Source of the DNA: Thermotogota bacterium
GTDB taxonomy: Bacteria > Thermotogota > Thermotogae > Petrotogales > Petrotogaceae
Reading direction: 5' to 3'
NCBI GenBank assembly: GCA_051748045.1
Contig: JBNJGY010000001.1
Coordinates: 96,001 to 160,000 of the forward strand
Length of the DNA: 64,000 nucleotides
Part shown: positions 9,202 through 20,355 of the stretch, piece after piece
How positions within the stretch are numbered: position 1 is the stretch's first letter
How the letters are laid out: each line of letters opens with the position of its first letter
Translations under genes and position numbers: made by a program
Notes under the pieces: model-generated
Told to the model about the DNA's origin: nothing
The model's input: the letters and a program-made list of their open reading frames with translations, nothing else
Database searches by the model: none

Positions 9202-10721
9202 TTTTGCGAATTAATCCTGATGAATTAACAAAGGTTATTGAAGAAAGAATTAAAAGTTATGAAAGTGGTGAAATAAAAGAAGTTGGTTGGGTTATGCAAG
9301 TAAGTGATGGTATTGTAAGAGCTTACGGTATGAAAGAAACCATGGCCAATGAATTAGTTGAAATACATACACAAACAGATGAAACTGTTTATGGATTAGC
9401 TATGAACTTGGAAGAAGATAATATTGGGATTATTGTACTTGATGATTTCAAAGAGATCAAAGAAGGAGATAAAGTATTAAGAACTAACAGAGTAATAGAA
9501 ATACCAGTTGGGGAGAATTTACTGGGTAGAGTAATAAATCCTCTGGGTATTCCAGTAGATGGAAAAGGTGAAATAAAAGAAAATGATTTTTTCCCTATAG
9601 AGAGAAAGGCTACTGGGGTTATTACAAGACAACCAGTTGATACTCCACTTCAAACCGGTCTTAAAATAATTGATGCCATCATACCTATAGGTAGAGGTCA
9701 AAGAGAGTTAATCATTGGAGATAGACAAACTGGTAAGTCTGCAATTGCTATTGATACTATTATTAATCAAAAAAATTCAAATGTTAAATGTATATATGTT
9801 GCAATAGGTCAAAAATCATCAGCTATAGCTAGAAATATCGCTCAATTGGAAAAACATGGAGCTATGGAATATACAACAGTTATATCTGCTTCAGCTTCAG
9901 ACCCTGCTTCATTGCAATATTTAGCTCCTTATGCAGGTGCTGCATTAGGTGAATATTTCATGTTTAAAGGTGAAGATGCTTTAGTTGTTTATGATGATTT
10001 ATCAAAACAAGCATCTGCTTATAGAGAACTTTCTTTATTGTTAAGAAGACCACCAGGAAGAGAAGCTTATCCTGGAGATGTTTTTTATTTACATTCAAAA
10101 TTATTAGAAAGAGCTGCTAGATTGAATGATGATTTTGGAGGAGGTTCATTAACCGCATTACCAATTATCGAAACTCAAGCCAATGATATTTCAGCTTTTA
10201 TTCCAACTAATGTTATTTCAATTACAGATGGTCAAATTTATCTTGAACCTAACTTGTTTTACTCAGGATTTAGACCAGCAGTTAATATAGGATTATCTGT
10301 TTCTAGAGTTGGTGGAGCTGCTCAAACAAAGGCTATTAAAAAGGTTTCAGGTTCATTGAAACTAGATTTAGCCCAGTACAGAGAATTAGAATCATTCTCT
10401 CAATTTGCTTCAGATTTAGATGAATCAACTAAGAAACAATTGTTAAAAGGTGAAAAATTAATGGAATTACTAAAACAAAAACAATATTCACCTTTATCTG
10501 TACAAGAACAAGTTGTTTTACTTTTTGCAGCAAATGAGGGTTATCTAATGGAAGTTGAAACAGATAAAATTGCAGATTTTGAAAAATCTATTTTATCTTT
10601 TATGAAATCAGAAAAATCAGATTTAATGAATAAAATAGCTGATAAAAAAGAACTAACTGATGAAATTAAAGAAGAGCTTAATTCTTCTATAAAACAATTT
10701 ATGAAATCTTTCAATGCCTAA
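9198..10721 (+). CDS. atpA: ATP synthase F1 subunit alpha
   Basis: [24 protein letters not shown]; real start may be TTG 9204. Confidence 0.99.
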   Translation: MILRINPDELTKVIEERIKSYESGEIKEVGWVMQVSDGIVRAYGMKETMANELVEIHTQTDETVYGLAMNLEEDNIGIIVLDDFKEIKEGDKVLRTNRVIEIPVGENLLGRVINPLGIPVDGKGEIKENDFFPIERKATGVITRQPVDTPLQTGLKIIDAIIPIGRGQRELIIGDRQTGKSAIAIDTIINQKNSNVKCIYVAIGQKSSAIARNIAQLEKHGAMEYTTVISASASDPASLQYLAPYAGAALGEYFMFKGEDALVVYDDLSKQASAYRELSLLLRRPPGREAYPGDVFYLHSKLLERAARLNDDFGGGSLTALPIIETQANDISAFIPTNVISITDGQIYLEPNLFYSGFRPAVNIGLSVSRVGGAAQTKAIKKVSGSLKLDLAQYRELESFSQFASDLDESTKKQLLKGEKLMELLKQKQYSPLSVQEQVVLLFAANEGYLMEVETDKIADFEKSILSFMKSEKSDLMNKIADKKELTDEIKEELNSSIKQFMKSFNA

Positions 10722-10735
10722 TGGCGGTGATTTAA

Positions 10736-11572
10736 TTGAGTAGAGGAAAATTACGTATTATAAAAAGAAGAATAGCGTCTACCAATTCTACAAAACAAAT
10801 AACTAGAGCTATGCAGATGGTTGCATCTGCTAGATTAAATAAAATAAAAAAAGGAATAGATCCCATCAGAGAATATGCAAATGAAGCAAGAAAAATCATT
10901 CAAAAGATTTCTCCACAGGAAGATTCAATATACAATAGGAAAAATGGTGAAACAGTAATTGTTGTGATAACTCCTGATATGGGACTTGGTGGATCGTTTG
11001 CCTCTGATTTAGCTAATAAAGCTAAAAAAGAAGCGGAGAAAATTGATAATTTTAAAGGATATTATGTAATAGGTGCTAGAGGAAATATAGAATTAAAAAG
11101 GACTAATAAAATTTTATTATCTAGAACAAATTTATATGAAATTCCTGATGAAGGTAATGCTGAATATATCCTTGATGATATTTTAGATTTTTTAGAAGAT
11201 GAAAATATATCTGATATAAAAGTAATTTATGGTGAGTTAAAAAATCCTTTAATACAACTACCAAAAACTATCGATCTTTTACCCATAAATTATGAAACTG
11301 AAATTGATTCAAGATACGAATATGAACCTGATTCAGTAGTTCTATTTGAAGAAGCATCTTATCTTTATTTATTATCACAAGTTTTTATGTATATATATGA
11401 AACTAAATTATCAGAATTACACGCAAGACAAAACGCAATGAAAAATGCTACAGAGAATGCTGAAAATTTAATTGATGAATTAAACTTAGAATATAACAAA
11501 ATGAGACAAGCTTCAATTACACAAGAATTAATCGAAATTGTAAATGGAGCTCAAGCTTTGCAAGATAGCTGA
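10736..11572 (+). CDS. atpG: ATP synthase F1 subunit gamma
   Basis: QITRAMQMVAS, SELHARQNAMKNATENA, RQASITQELIEIVNGA. Confidence 0.98.
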   Translation: MSRGKLRIIKRRIASTNSTKQITRAMQMVASARLNKIKKGIDPIREYANEARKIIQKISPQEDSIYNRKNGETVIVVITPDMGLGGSFASDLANKAKKEAEKIDNFKGYYVIGARGNIELKRTNKILLSRTNLYEIPDEGNAEYILDDILDFLEDENISDIKVIYGELKNPLIQLPKTIDLLPINYETEIDSRYEYEPDSVVLFEEASYLYLLSQVFMYIYETKLSELHARQNAMKNATENAENLIDELNLEYNKMRQASITQELIEIVNGAQALQDS

Positions 11573-11585
11573 TGAACGGAGGTGA

Positions 11586-13001
<1,416 letters not shown>

Positions 13002-13015
13002 AAGGAGGGTTTAAA

Positions 13016-13417
13016 ATGTTTAATGTTAAACTAGTAACTCCCTCCGGTATAAAATATCAAGGCAAAGCTAAATATGTAGAATACAAAACAATAGATGGTA
13101 GTATGGGTGTTCTTGAAAATAGGCTACCTATTGTTGCTAAATTGAAATTGGCTCCTTTAAAAATTGTTGAAGAAAACGATAAAGAAGTTTTCTTTGCTGT
13201 TCTAGGGGGATTAGTAGATATGGACGGGGAAAATCTAACCATTATTTCTACTGATGCTGAAAAACCCGAAGATATTGATGTTGATAATGCAATGAAAGCT
13301 GTAAAACAAGCTGAAGAAAGATTAAAAAATGAAGATGATAAAATTCAAAGAACGAAAATAAAAGCTTATATAGAAAAAAACATGACAAAAGTAAATATAG
13401 CTAAAAAATCTAAATAA
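13016..13417 (+). CDS. atpC: ATP synthase F1 subunit epsilon
   Basis: LVTP, G.MGVL, GG.V, AE..EDID; last gene of operon. Confidence 0.93.
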   Translation: MFNVKLVTPSGIKYQGKAKYVEYKTIDGSMGVLENRLPIVAKLKLAPLKIVEENDKEVFFAVLGGLVDMDGENLTIISTDAEKPEDIDVDNAMKAVKQAEERLKNEDDKIQRTKIKAYIEKNMTKVNIAKKSK

Positions 13418-13418
13418 T

Positions 13419-13458
13419 AAAAAATCGATGATTGTTTGTATACAATCATCGATTTTTT
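13419..13458. terminator. Bidirectional intrinsic terminator after atpC
   Basis: AAAAAATCGATGATTGT-loop-ACAATCATCGATTTTTT between convergent genes. Confidence 0.85.
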
Positions 13459-14170
13459 ATTTATTTATGAGATTTAATATTTTTTTACCAAATCTATCAT
13501 TTTGATGGACTTTTTTCTTTAATATTTCAATCTCAGAAAAATTAATTGTCAGTATATTTTTATTTAGCTTAATTACATCATCGAAAACTATAGGTTTAAA
13601 AATTTTTCCTTGATCATTTATACATACTGATAAGGATACATTAACAAAATTTTGAATTAAAATTTCATCATGAGAGTTTGTGAATAATATAGGATCCTCA
13701 ATTAAATTAATAAAACCAATGATCGATAAATCCATTAAGTCTTCATTTGTTAAAAATATTAGCCTTTTATCTATATTTTTGTTTTTATTACTATTAATAT
13801 GAAATTTATATTTTATATTTTGATAGATATAATAATTTTCTTTACCAATTAAAATCAAGTGTACACCTAAAAAATCTGTAATTTGTTTTATAATATCTAA
13901 TTTAAAATCATTAATCTTTTTATTATTAAAAAAAATTATATAGTAAAATATTCCATTCCCAATATTTTGAAGCATTGATTCTATAATAAAATCTAAATCT
14001 TTCCATTTAATAAGATATAAAGAATTTTTAATTATTTTTTTAGGTAATTTTATGTCATAATTAATTATCTTTTTTTTATATTTGTTAAATTTATTTCTTT
14101 CTAAAAATAATTTAAATTTCTTTATTAGCACTTTTATCAGCTTCTTTTTTAAGTTTTGATAGTTTTTCAA
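13457..14170 (-). CDS. Hypothetical protein (possible degenerate nitrilase-like fold)
   Basis: 237-aa open frame in very AT-rich DNA, overlapping the upstream ORF; start uncertain. Confidence 0.55.
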   Translation of the reverse strand: MKNYQNLKKKLIKVLIKKFKLFLERNKFNKYKKKIINYDIKLPKKIIKNSLYLIKWKDLDFIIESMLQNIGNGIFYYIIFFNNKKINDFKLDIIKQITDFLGVHLILIGKENYYIYQNIKYKFHINSNKNKNIDKRLIFLTNEDLMDLSIIGFINLIEDPILFTNSHDEILIQNFVNVSLSVCINDQGKIFKPIVFDDVIKLNKNILTINFSEIEILKKKVHQNDRFGKKILNLINK

Positions 14171-14690
14171 CCAATAGTTTTTTATTTTTACTTAAAATAG
14201 TAAACTTATTATTTTTATTTAAATCTAAAATAAAATAATGTTTATTTTCATAACTCACCTTATTCTCTTGAATAGAATAATAATAAAGATTATGATTTAA
14301 TCCATTTCTCATAATTATTAGAATAGGTATTTTATAAAAATAAGCATGACTGCTTATAGTTTTAAGCATTTTATTGACATTATCATCGTGTAATATTTTT
14401 AGATATAAAACTATAAGATCTGTTCTAGCAAGACTTGAATATAAATAGAAATTACTATTAATTGATTCGTAAAACCCCCCGTATATAATTTTGCTACCAT
14501 TTATATTGAACAAGAAATTTTCTTCGTTTATTTCATATTTTTTATTTTTAAAATATAGGTATAATTTATCTTTTTCTAAAATAGTACAAACAGAATCCCA
14601 GTCTGTAAAAGACCAAGATTCTGTTGATATAGTATATGTAATTTCATTGAATTCTAAACTATTTACAGGATTACCTGCAAATATCTTCAT
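14112..14690 (-). CDS. Hypothetical protein (possible degenerate nitrilase-like fold)
   Basis: 192-aa ORF with ATG overlapping the aminopeptidase stop. Confidence 0.65.
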   Translation of the reverse strand: MKIFAGNPVNSLEFNEITYTISTESWSFTDWDSVCTILEKDKLYLYFKNKKYEINEENFLFNINGSKIIYGGFYESINSNFYLYSSLARTDLIVLYLKILHDDNVNKMLKTISSHAYFYKIPILIIMRNGLNHNLYYYSIQENKVSYENKHYFILDLNKNNKFTILSKNKKLLVEKLSKLKKEADKSANKEI

Positions 14691-16093
14691 TAATTATTCT
14701 CCATAAAAGCTTTATATGCTTTATGTGTTTCAAATAAATCTCCTTTTGAAGCTATTTCTAATGGGGCATGCATACCTAATAAAGGAACTCCAGCATCTAT
14801 TACATCCATATTTTTCTCAGCAAAGAATTTTGCTATTGTTCCACCTCCCCCAAGATCTGTTCTTCCTAATTCTCCTGTTTGCCATAAAATATTATTATCA
14901 TTCCATATCTTTCTAATTCTACCAACAACTTCAGCATTAGCATCGTTTGTGCCGCCTTTACCTCTAACTCCTGTGTATTTAGTCAACACGATACCATAAT
15001 TTAGCTTAGGGGCGTTGTAAGAGTCATGTGCGTCCTTATAATTTGGGTCTAGTGCAGCAGAAACATCAGAAGACAACATAGTAGAATTTACAAGAGCTTC
15101 TTCAATTGCAACTGAAACATCTTTTCCTTCTAATTTTAAAATTCTTTTTAATACAGGAATCCAGAAATGATTTTTAGCACCAGTATTACTGTCTGAACCT
15201 ATTTCTTCTTTATCCACTAATAATATTGCAGGAGATTTACCTTTTGGTTTGGCTTCACTAATAGCAGTTATAGAAGTATATGCACAAATTCTATCATCAT
15301 GCCCATAAGCTGCTATAAGGCTTCTATCTAAGCCAACATCTCTTGCATTAGAAGCAGGAACAATTTCCAGTTCAGCTGAAACGAAATCTTCTTCTACTAA
15401 CCCATATTTTTCGTTTAAAATGTTCAATATATTTAATTTAATAGGATCTTTTACTTTACTTTCTTCATCATAAGTAATTGCAATAGTACCAAGAATTAAA
15501 TTCATTTTTTCTGCTTCAAAAGCTTCTGGTAAACTTTTTTTATTTCTATCTAAATGAGGAAGTAAATCAGAGATTATAAAAATTGGGTCATCTTCTTTGT
15601 CTCCTATAGAAACTTCTACTTCTTCTCCCTTTGAATTAATAACAACACCTTGTAACTCTAAAGGGATATTAAACCAATGATATTTTTTTATGCCACCATA
15701 ATAATGTGTTTTTGCCATTGCTATTTCTGAGTCTTCATAAAACGGTTGAGGTTTGAAATCAATTCTTGGGGCATCTAAATGACTCCCAACAACATTAATA
15801 CCTTTTGAAATATCATCATTATATGTTAATGCAAAAATTGATTTGCCTCTGTTTACATAGTATATTTTATCTCCTATGTTTATTTTTCCTTCTTTTTCAA
15901 AATGTTCTAAAGGTTTAAACCCTTCTTTTTCTAATAATTCAATTGATGCTTTAACAGCTCTTCTTTCAGTTTTTGAACTGTCCATATATTTCATATATGA
16001 TTTTGCATAATCAAAAACATCATCCTTTGAATTTTTCTCCCAAACATTTTTTCGATTAATGGTTAACTTTTTTTGTAAATCTTTGTAATCCAT
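14690..16093 (-). CDS. M18 family aminopeptidase
   Basis: SKTER, GSHLDAPR, HYYGGIKKY.W, DDR.C, DKEEIGS, SSDV, GGGGTIA, MHAP.E. Confidence 0.95.
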   Translation of the reverse strand: MDYKDLQKKLTINRKNVWEKNSKDDVFDYAKSYMKYMDSSKTERRAVKASIELLEKEGFKPLEHFEKEGKINIGDKIYYVNRGKSIFALTYNDDISKGINVVGSHLDAPRIDFKPQPFYEDSEIAMAKTHYYGGIKKYHWFNIPLELQGVVINSKGEEVEVSIGDKEDDPIFIISDLLPHLDRNKKSLPEAFEAEKMNLILGTIAITYDEESKVKDPIKLNILNILNEKYGLVEEDFVSAELEIVPASNARDVGLDRSLIAAYGHDDRICAYTSITAISEAKPKGKSPAILLVDKEEIGSDSNTGAKNHFWIPVLKRILKLEGKDVSVAIEEALVNSTMLSSDVSAALDPNYKDAHDSYNAPKLNYGIVLTKYTGVRGKGGTNDANAEVVGRIRKIWNDNNILWQTGELGRTDLGGGGTIAKFFAEKNMDVIDAGVPLLGMHAPLEIASKGDLFETHKAYKAFMENN

Positions 16094-16281
16094 AATCTCA
16101 CCTCCAAATATATTTTATCATATTTAACTTTAATTTATTCTATTATTATTTTCATTTTTTTAATTTTTAAGCTATAATATACTTGTAATAAGAAATATAT
16201 TATTTTCATCATGAAAATAATATAAATTAGTTAACTAAACTAACTATAATTAATTATAACATAAAAAAAGGGGGAAGTTCA

Positions 16282-17343
16282 ATGTCTAAAGAGTTATACC
16301 CAGAAATAACTCTCGATTTAGTAAGAGTTACAGAGGCTGCTTCACTAATGAGTAGCTTATATCTCGGATTTGGAAATAAAGAAGCTGTAGATGCCGCTGC
16401 TGTAGATGCAATGAGAGGTATGCTTGATTATATGGATATCAAAGGGACTGTGATTATAGGTGAAGGTGAAAAAGATGAAGCACCAATGTTGTATTATGGG
16501 GAAAAAGTAGGATTATGGGATGAAGATTCAATAGAGATGGATATAGCTGTAGATCCAATTGATGGAACAAGATTAGTAGCTTATGGTTTACCAAATGCTC
16601 TCAGTGTTATGGTCGGAGCTGAAAAAGGGAAAATTTTAAACCTACCTACATTTTATTCTTCTAAATTAGCTGTAGGACCTGAATTGAAAGGTAAATTAGA
16701 TATGAATTCATCTCTTAAAGATAATATAACCCGTGCTGCAGAAATTTTAGGATTACCTATATCTGAAATGACAATAATGATATTAAATAGGGAACGTCAT
16801 AGAAAAATGATAGATGAAATTAGAGAAATAGGCGCACGTATTAAATTAATTGGGGATGGAGATATAGCTGGGGCTATTGCTACTTGTATGCCTGAAAGTG
16901 GTGTAAACATGTGTGTAGGAATAGGTGGATCTCCTGAAGCTATTTTGGCTGCTGCTGCTTTAAGAACACTTGGAGGAGAGTTACAAATTAAAATTTGGCC
17001 AAGAGATGAAGAAGAAGCTAAAAAAATAGATTCAAATCTTTGGGATCTTAATAGGATTTATAAAACAGAAGAGTTAGTTGGTGGAGAACATGTAATTTTT
17101 GCTGCAAGTGGCGTAACTGATGGAGACTTTCTAAAAGGAGTTAAGTATATTAGAGGTAAAGCTATAACTGAGTCAATAGTTATGAGAACCTCTTCTGAAA
17201 CTGTTAGAAGAATTACAACTTATCATGATCTAAAAAAGAAAAAGATTAGAATGAAATCTTTAGATGGCGATGAAAAATTAATAAACATAAATAAAGTTGA
17301 TGATGAAAGAACATCTATTTTACTAAATAAGATGTATAGATAA
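16282..17343 (+). CDS. glpX: Class II fructose-1,6-bisphosphatase
   Basis: RVTEAA, D.AAVDAMR, IGEGEKDEAPML, DPIDGT, DGD, GGSPE, ASGVTDG. Confidence 0.96.
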   Translation: MSKELYPEITLDLVRVTEAASLMSSLYLGFGNKEAVDAAAVDAMRGMLDYMDIKGTVIIGEGEKDEAPMLYYGEKVGLWDEDSIEMDIAVDPIDGTRLVAYGLPNALSVMVGAEKGKILNLPTFYSSKLAVGPELKGKLDMNSSLKDNITRAAEILGLPISEMTIMILNRERHRKMIDEIREIGARIKLIGDGDIAGAIATCMPESGVNMCVGIGGSPEAILAAAALRTLGGELQIKIWPRDEEEAKKIDSNLWDLNRIYKTEELVGGEHVIFAASGVTDGDFLKGVKYIRGKAITESIVMRTSSETVRRITTYHDLKKKKIRMKSLDGDEKLININKVDDERTSILLNKMYR

Positions 17344-17344
17344 T

Positions 17345-17382
17345 ATAAAAACGAGCTTTTCAATAGAAAAGCTCGTTTTATA
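17345..17382. terminator. Bidirectional intrinsic terminator
   Basis: AAAACGAGCTTTTC-AATA-GAAAAGCTCGTTTT between convergent genes. Confidence 0.85.
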
Positions 17383-17386
17383 TATT

Positions 17387-17887
17387 TTAGAAAATTGGGT
17401 CTGCTTCCATGTGTTCCCAAAAATCTTTTGATAATTTCTGATATAATTCATAAATAGTATCTCTATGAACTTTTTCCCATTGAGCTAAATGTCTTAGAAT
17501 TTCTTTTATTTCTTTTCCTTCAACACTCTCAGCTGCTTTATTATAAAATTCCATAAAATCTTCTTCGATTAAATAAGCCATTCTTAATACAGGAATATCA
17601 GTTTTTAACTTTTTAAAATCTCCTTGATTAGCAATTTCTTTTTTTTGTCTATCTCTAAAAGTATCACCTATTTCTTCACCTTTATATCTTATAGGTTCTT
17701 CTTCATTAACCTTGTTTATCAAATTGTTGATGTAATCAACATGATCAGATTCCATTTTACCCAATTCTAAGAATGTTTGTTTCACCTCTTCATTATGAAC
17801 TGTTCTTGCCTTTGATTCATAAAAGTTCATCCCTTCCATTTCTTTTGATAAAGCATATTCCAAAATACCTAATATTTGACCTGACAT
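17387..17887 (-). CDS. Ferritin-like/rubrerythrin-family diiron protein
   Basis: Duplicated A...E......FY and E..H motifs (MESDH; WEKVH). Confidence 0.88.
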   Translation of the reverse strand: MSGQILGILEYALSKEMEGMNFYESKARTVHNEEVKQTFLELGKMESDHVDYINNLINKVNEEEPIRYKGEEIGDTFRDRQKKEIANQGDFKKLKTDIPVLRMAYLIEEDFMEFYNKAAESVEGKEIKEILRHLAQWEKVHRDTIYELYQKLSKDFWEHMEADPIF

Positions 17888-17958
17888 ATGAACACCTCCA
17901 TAAATATTAAATTCATTTTTTACTTTTTATTTAACATATCCTACATTATAATTATAAC

Positions 17959-18444
17959 TTATAAGTCTATTTTTTCAAAATTAATATTTATATCAGAATT
18001 GTCTATTACAATTTCAATATAATATCCATCACAAAATGCCCCAGGATTTATAATTTGTGTATTATTAATTTTTTTATTATACCTTTTATGAGAATGTCCA
18101 AAAATCATAAGATCTATCTTTTCTTTAAAATATTTAAGAAGTTTTTCTGGTTTTGCCATACCTGTTTGATGCCCATGTATTATTCCGATTTTTAAATTTT
18201 CAATCTCTAGATTTCTTATTGATGGTAATTTTTCTTTTATGTAATAATCATCCATATTTCCTTGAACACCTATAAAATCTGATTCTTGATTAATTAACTC
18301 AAAATATGTATTTTCATCTACTAAGTCGCCTGCACTAAAAATAATGTCATATTTTCTAATATCCAATTTTTGCAATATACTTGAGTTTGCTCTTGTAGGA
18401 ATATGAGAGTCAGAAATAACCAAAATATTTTTCAAATTAATCAT
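17959..18444 (-). CDS. YfcE/MJ0936-family metallophosphoesterase
   Basis: SDSH, AGD, GNMD, HGH, GHSH, NPG. Confidence 0.92.
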   Translation of the reverse strand: MINLKNILVISDSHIPTRANSSILQKLDIRKYDIIFSAGDLVDENTYFELINQESDFIGVQGNMDDYYIKEKLPSIRNLEIENLKIGIIHGHQTGMAKPEKLLKYFKEKIDLMIFGHSHKRYNKKINNTQIINPGAFCDGYYIEIVIDNSDININFEKIDL

Positions 18445-18453
18445 CTCACTTTT

Positions 18454-18478
18454 AAAAAGCCTCCCTTAAAAGGGAGGC
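18454..18478 (-). terminator. Intrinsic terminator after solute-binding gene 1
   Basis: GCCTCCCTT-AA-AAGGGAGGC hairpin with a T-tract on the minus strand. Confidence 0.8.
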
Positions 18479-18495
18479 CAGTAATTATATTAATC

Positions 18496-20247
18496 TTATT
18501 GCTCTTTCCATACACCCCAAATTCTCCATAATGTTCCAACATATGGTTTTGGTTTTTCTGTCATCAAGTGTAAAGTATCTCTTCTTGCAATTAAGATATT
18601 TTGTGCAAAAGTATAGATTAACGGTTGATGTTTAGCTATTAAGTTATTCATTTCTGTAAATAAATCTTGTACTTTTTCTTCATCAATTGTAACTTTTTCT
18701 AATTTAAAGATCTCATCAATTCTTTTTTCAAAATCTGGAACATAATAATCATCTGGATCTAATAAATCAGGATTACCTTTTTCAGCTAGAGCTTCTGGTG
18801 AATAATTCCAGAAATGCCAAGCTTCATCTAGTTGCCACATGTTCCATCCACTATGTGGATCTGGAGAATCCCCTGAGAATCTAATAATCATACTTTGATA
18901 TTCCCCTGAAGATAATTCTGTAACTAAAGTATTGAACTGTAATGGTCTGAAGTTAACATTCATACCTAATTTACTTAATGAATCAGATAATATATTACCA
19001 ATTTCAACCCATACAGTGGTTGAGACATTAGTTGTCAAATCAAATTCTACTGGGTTTCCTTCTGGACCAATTAAATTACCTTCTGAATCCCATGTAAATC
19101 CACCTTGTTGTAATTCTCTTCTTGCTCTACCTAAAGAATATCTATAACCTAATGATTCAATATATTCTTCATCATAATAAATAGATCCAGGAACTTGATC
19201 TGAATAAACAGCGGCACCTAAACCGTTTAATTGATTATCTACTATTGTTTGTCTATCTAAAGCAAACGAAACTGCTCTTCTGAAGTTTTCGTTTCTGAAC
19301 CATACTCTTTGTTCCTTAACTGGTGAATTCCAATTAAACCCTATAATACTAGGTCCTGGAACTAAATCACCAACTACTGTTGTATAGTCACTTTCTGATT
19401 CTTTTTCTTTCATAGAAACATAATTAGAAGCTGAAAGAGATAATAAATCTAATTCACCAGATTGGAATTTAAGAACTTCTGTTTCGTTATTTTGAACTAT
19501 TTGATATACTATTTCATCTAAATATGGTAATTGAGTTCCATCTGTATCTTTACCAAAGAAATTAGGATTTCTTTTTAGTATTACTCTAACACCTTCTCTA
19601 TAGTCTTCAATTACAAATGGTCCAATTCCAACAATTTCATCAATTTGTTCTACTGTCCAAGTTTGTGCAAATGTTTCTGGATCTCCTACAATATCAGAAA
19701 AAACGTGTTCAGGTAAAATATATGTAGAACCAATTGATTCTGTTACTGTTCTTAGAGGTTCTTCATAAATAAATTTAACTGTGTAATCATCTACTTTTTC
19801 AACTTCAGGTAGATTATCTGAAGAATCTAAATAGCTGTTATTTCCATTGTAAGACATATTTGCTTCAAACGCTAATTTATCAAAAGAGAATACAACGTCA
19901 TCAGCATTGAACTCTTCGCCATCTGTCCATTGAACTCCTTCTCTAAGCATAAAAGTTATTTCCATCTTACCTTCATCAGTTATTGTTTCTTTGTAATCTT
20001 TTGCAAGATATGGATTTCTAAAAAAACCATTTTCATCTTGGCTTAATAACATTCCTGCAAATAAACTAATAAAATCGTCTGAGTTTTGATCACTATACCA
20101 GTATGGATTCAAAGTTTTAGGACCTGTTGTTGTTGATACATAAAGGCTTCCGCCTCTTTCTCCTTCGACTTCTTCAACCATCCAGTCAACAGAAAATACT
20201 GTAAATGATAAAACCAATACTGTTAATACTGTAAGTAACTTTCTCAT
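18496..20247 (-). CDS. ABC transporter solute-binding protein, family 5 (OppA/DppA-like), copy 1
   Basis: Signal peptide; GPKTLNP, LREGVQWTDG..FNADDVVFS, GIGPF, LPYLD. Confidence 0.93.
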   Translation of the reverse strand: MRKLLTVLTVLVLSFTVFSVDWMVEEVEGERGGSLYVSTTTGPKTLNPYWYSDQNSDDFISLFAGMLLSQDENGFFRNPYLAKDYKETITDEGKMEITFMLREGVQWTDGEEFNADDVVFSFDKLAFEANMSYNGNNSYLDSSDNLPEVEKVDDYTVKFIYEEPLRTVTESIGSTYILPEHVFSDIVGDPETFAQTWTVEQIDEIVGIGPFVIEDYREGVRVILKRNPNFFGKDTDGTQLPYLDEIVYQIVQNNETEVLKFQSGELDLLSLSASNYVSMKEKESESDYTTVVGDLVPGPSIIGFNWNSPVKEQRVWFRNENFRRAVSFALDRQTIVDNQLNGLGAAVYSDQVPGSIYYDEEYIESLGYRYSLGRARRELQQGGFTWDSEGNLIGPEGNPVEFDLTTNVSTTVWVEIGNILSDSLSKLGMNVNFRPLQFNTLVTELSSGEYQSMIIRFSGDSPDPHSGWNMWQLDEAWHFWNYSPEALAEKGNPDLLDPDDYYVPDFEKRIDEIFKLEKVTIDEEKVQDLFTEMNNLIAKHQPLIYTFAQNILIARRDTLHLMTEKPKPYVGTLWRIWGVWKEQ

Positions 20248-20267
20248 CTAATCCCTCCTATAAATTT

Positions 20268-20289
20268 TCCTCAACCCACTGAGTAATAT
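20268..20289 (-). repeat. 22-bp leader sequence identical to 22139-22160
   Basis: TCCTCAACCCACTGAGTAATAT (+ strand) found upstream of both SBP copy 1 and copy 2. Confidence 0.9.
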
Positions 20290-20311
20290 TATAATAACAA
20301 GAATTAAAATG

Positions 20312-20335
20312 AAAAGATGGGAGATATCTCCCATC
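20312..20335 (-). terminator. Intrinsic terminator after solute-binding gene 2
   Basis: GATGGGAGATATCTCCCATC palindrome with a T-tract on the minus strand. Confidence 0.75.
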
Positions 20336-20355
20336 CTATTTAATTATAACAAATA

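Noticed and set aside
13457-14690. AT-rich segment as a horizontally acquired or defence island
   Set aside because: Only two ORFs, coupled to a housekeeping peptidase, with no mobility genes or recognisable defence motifs.
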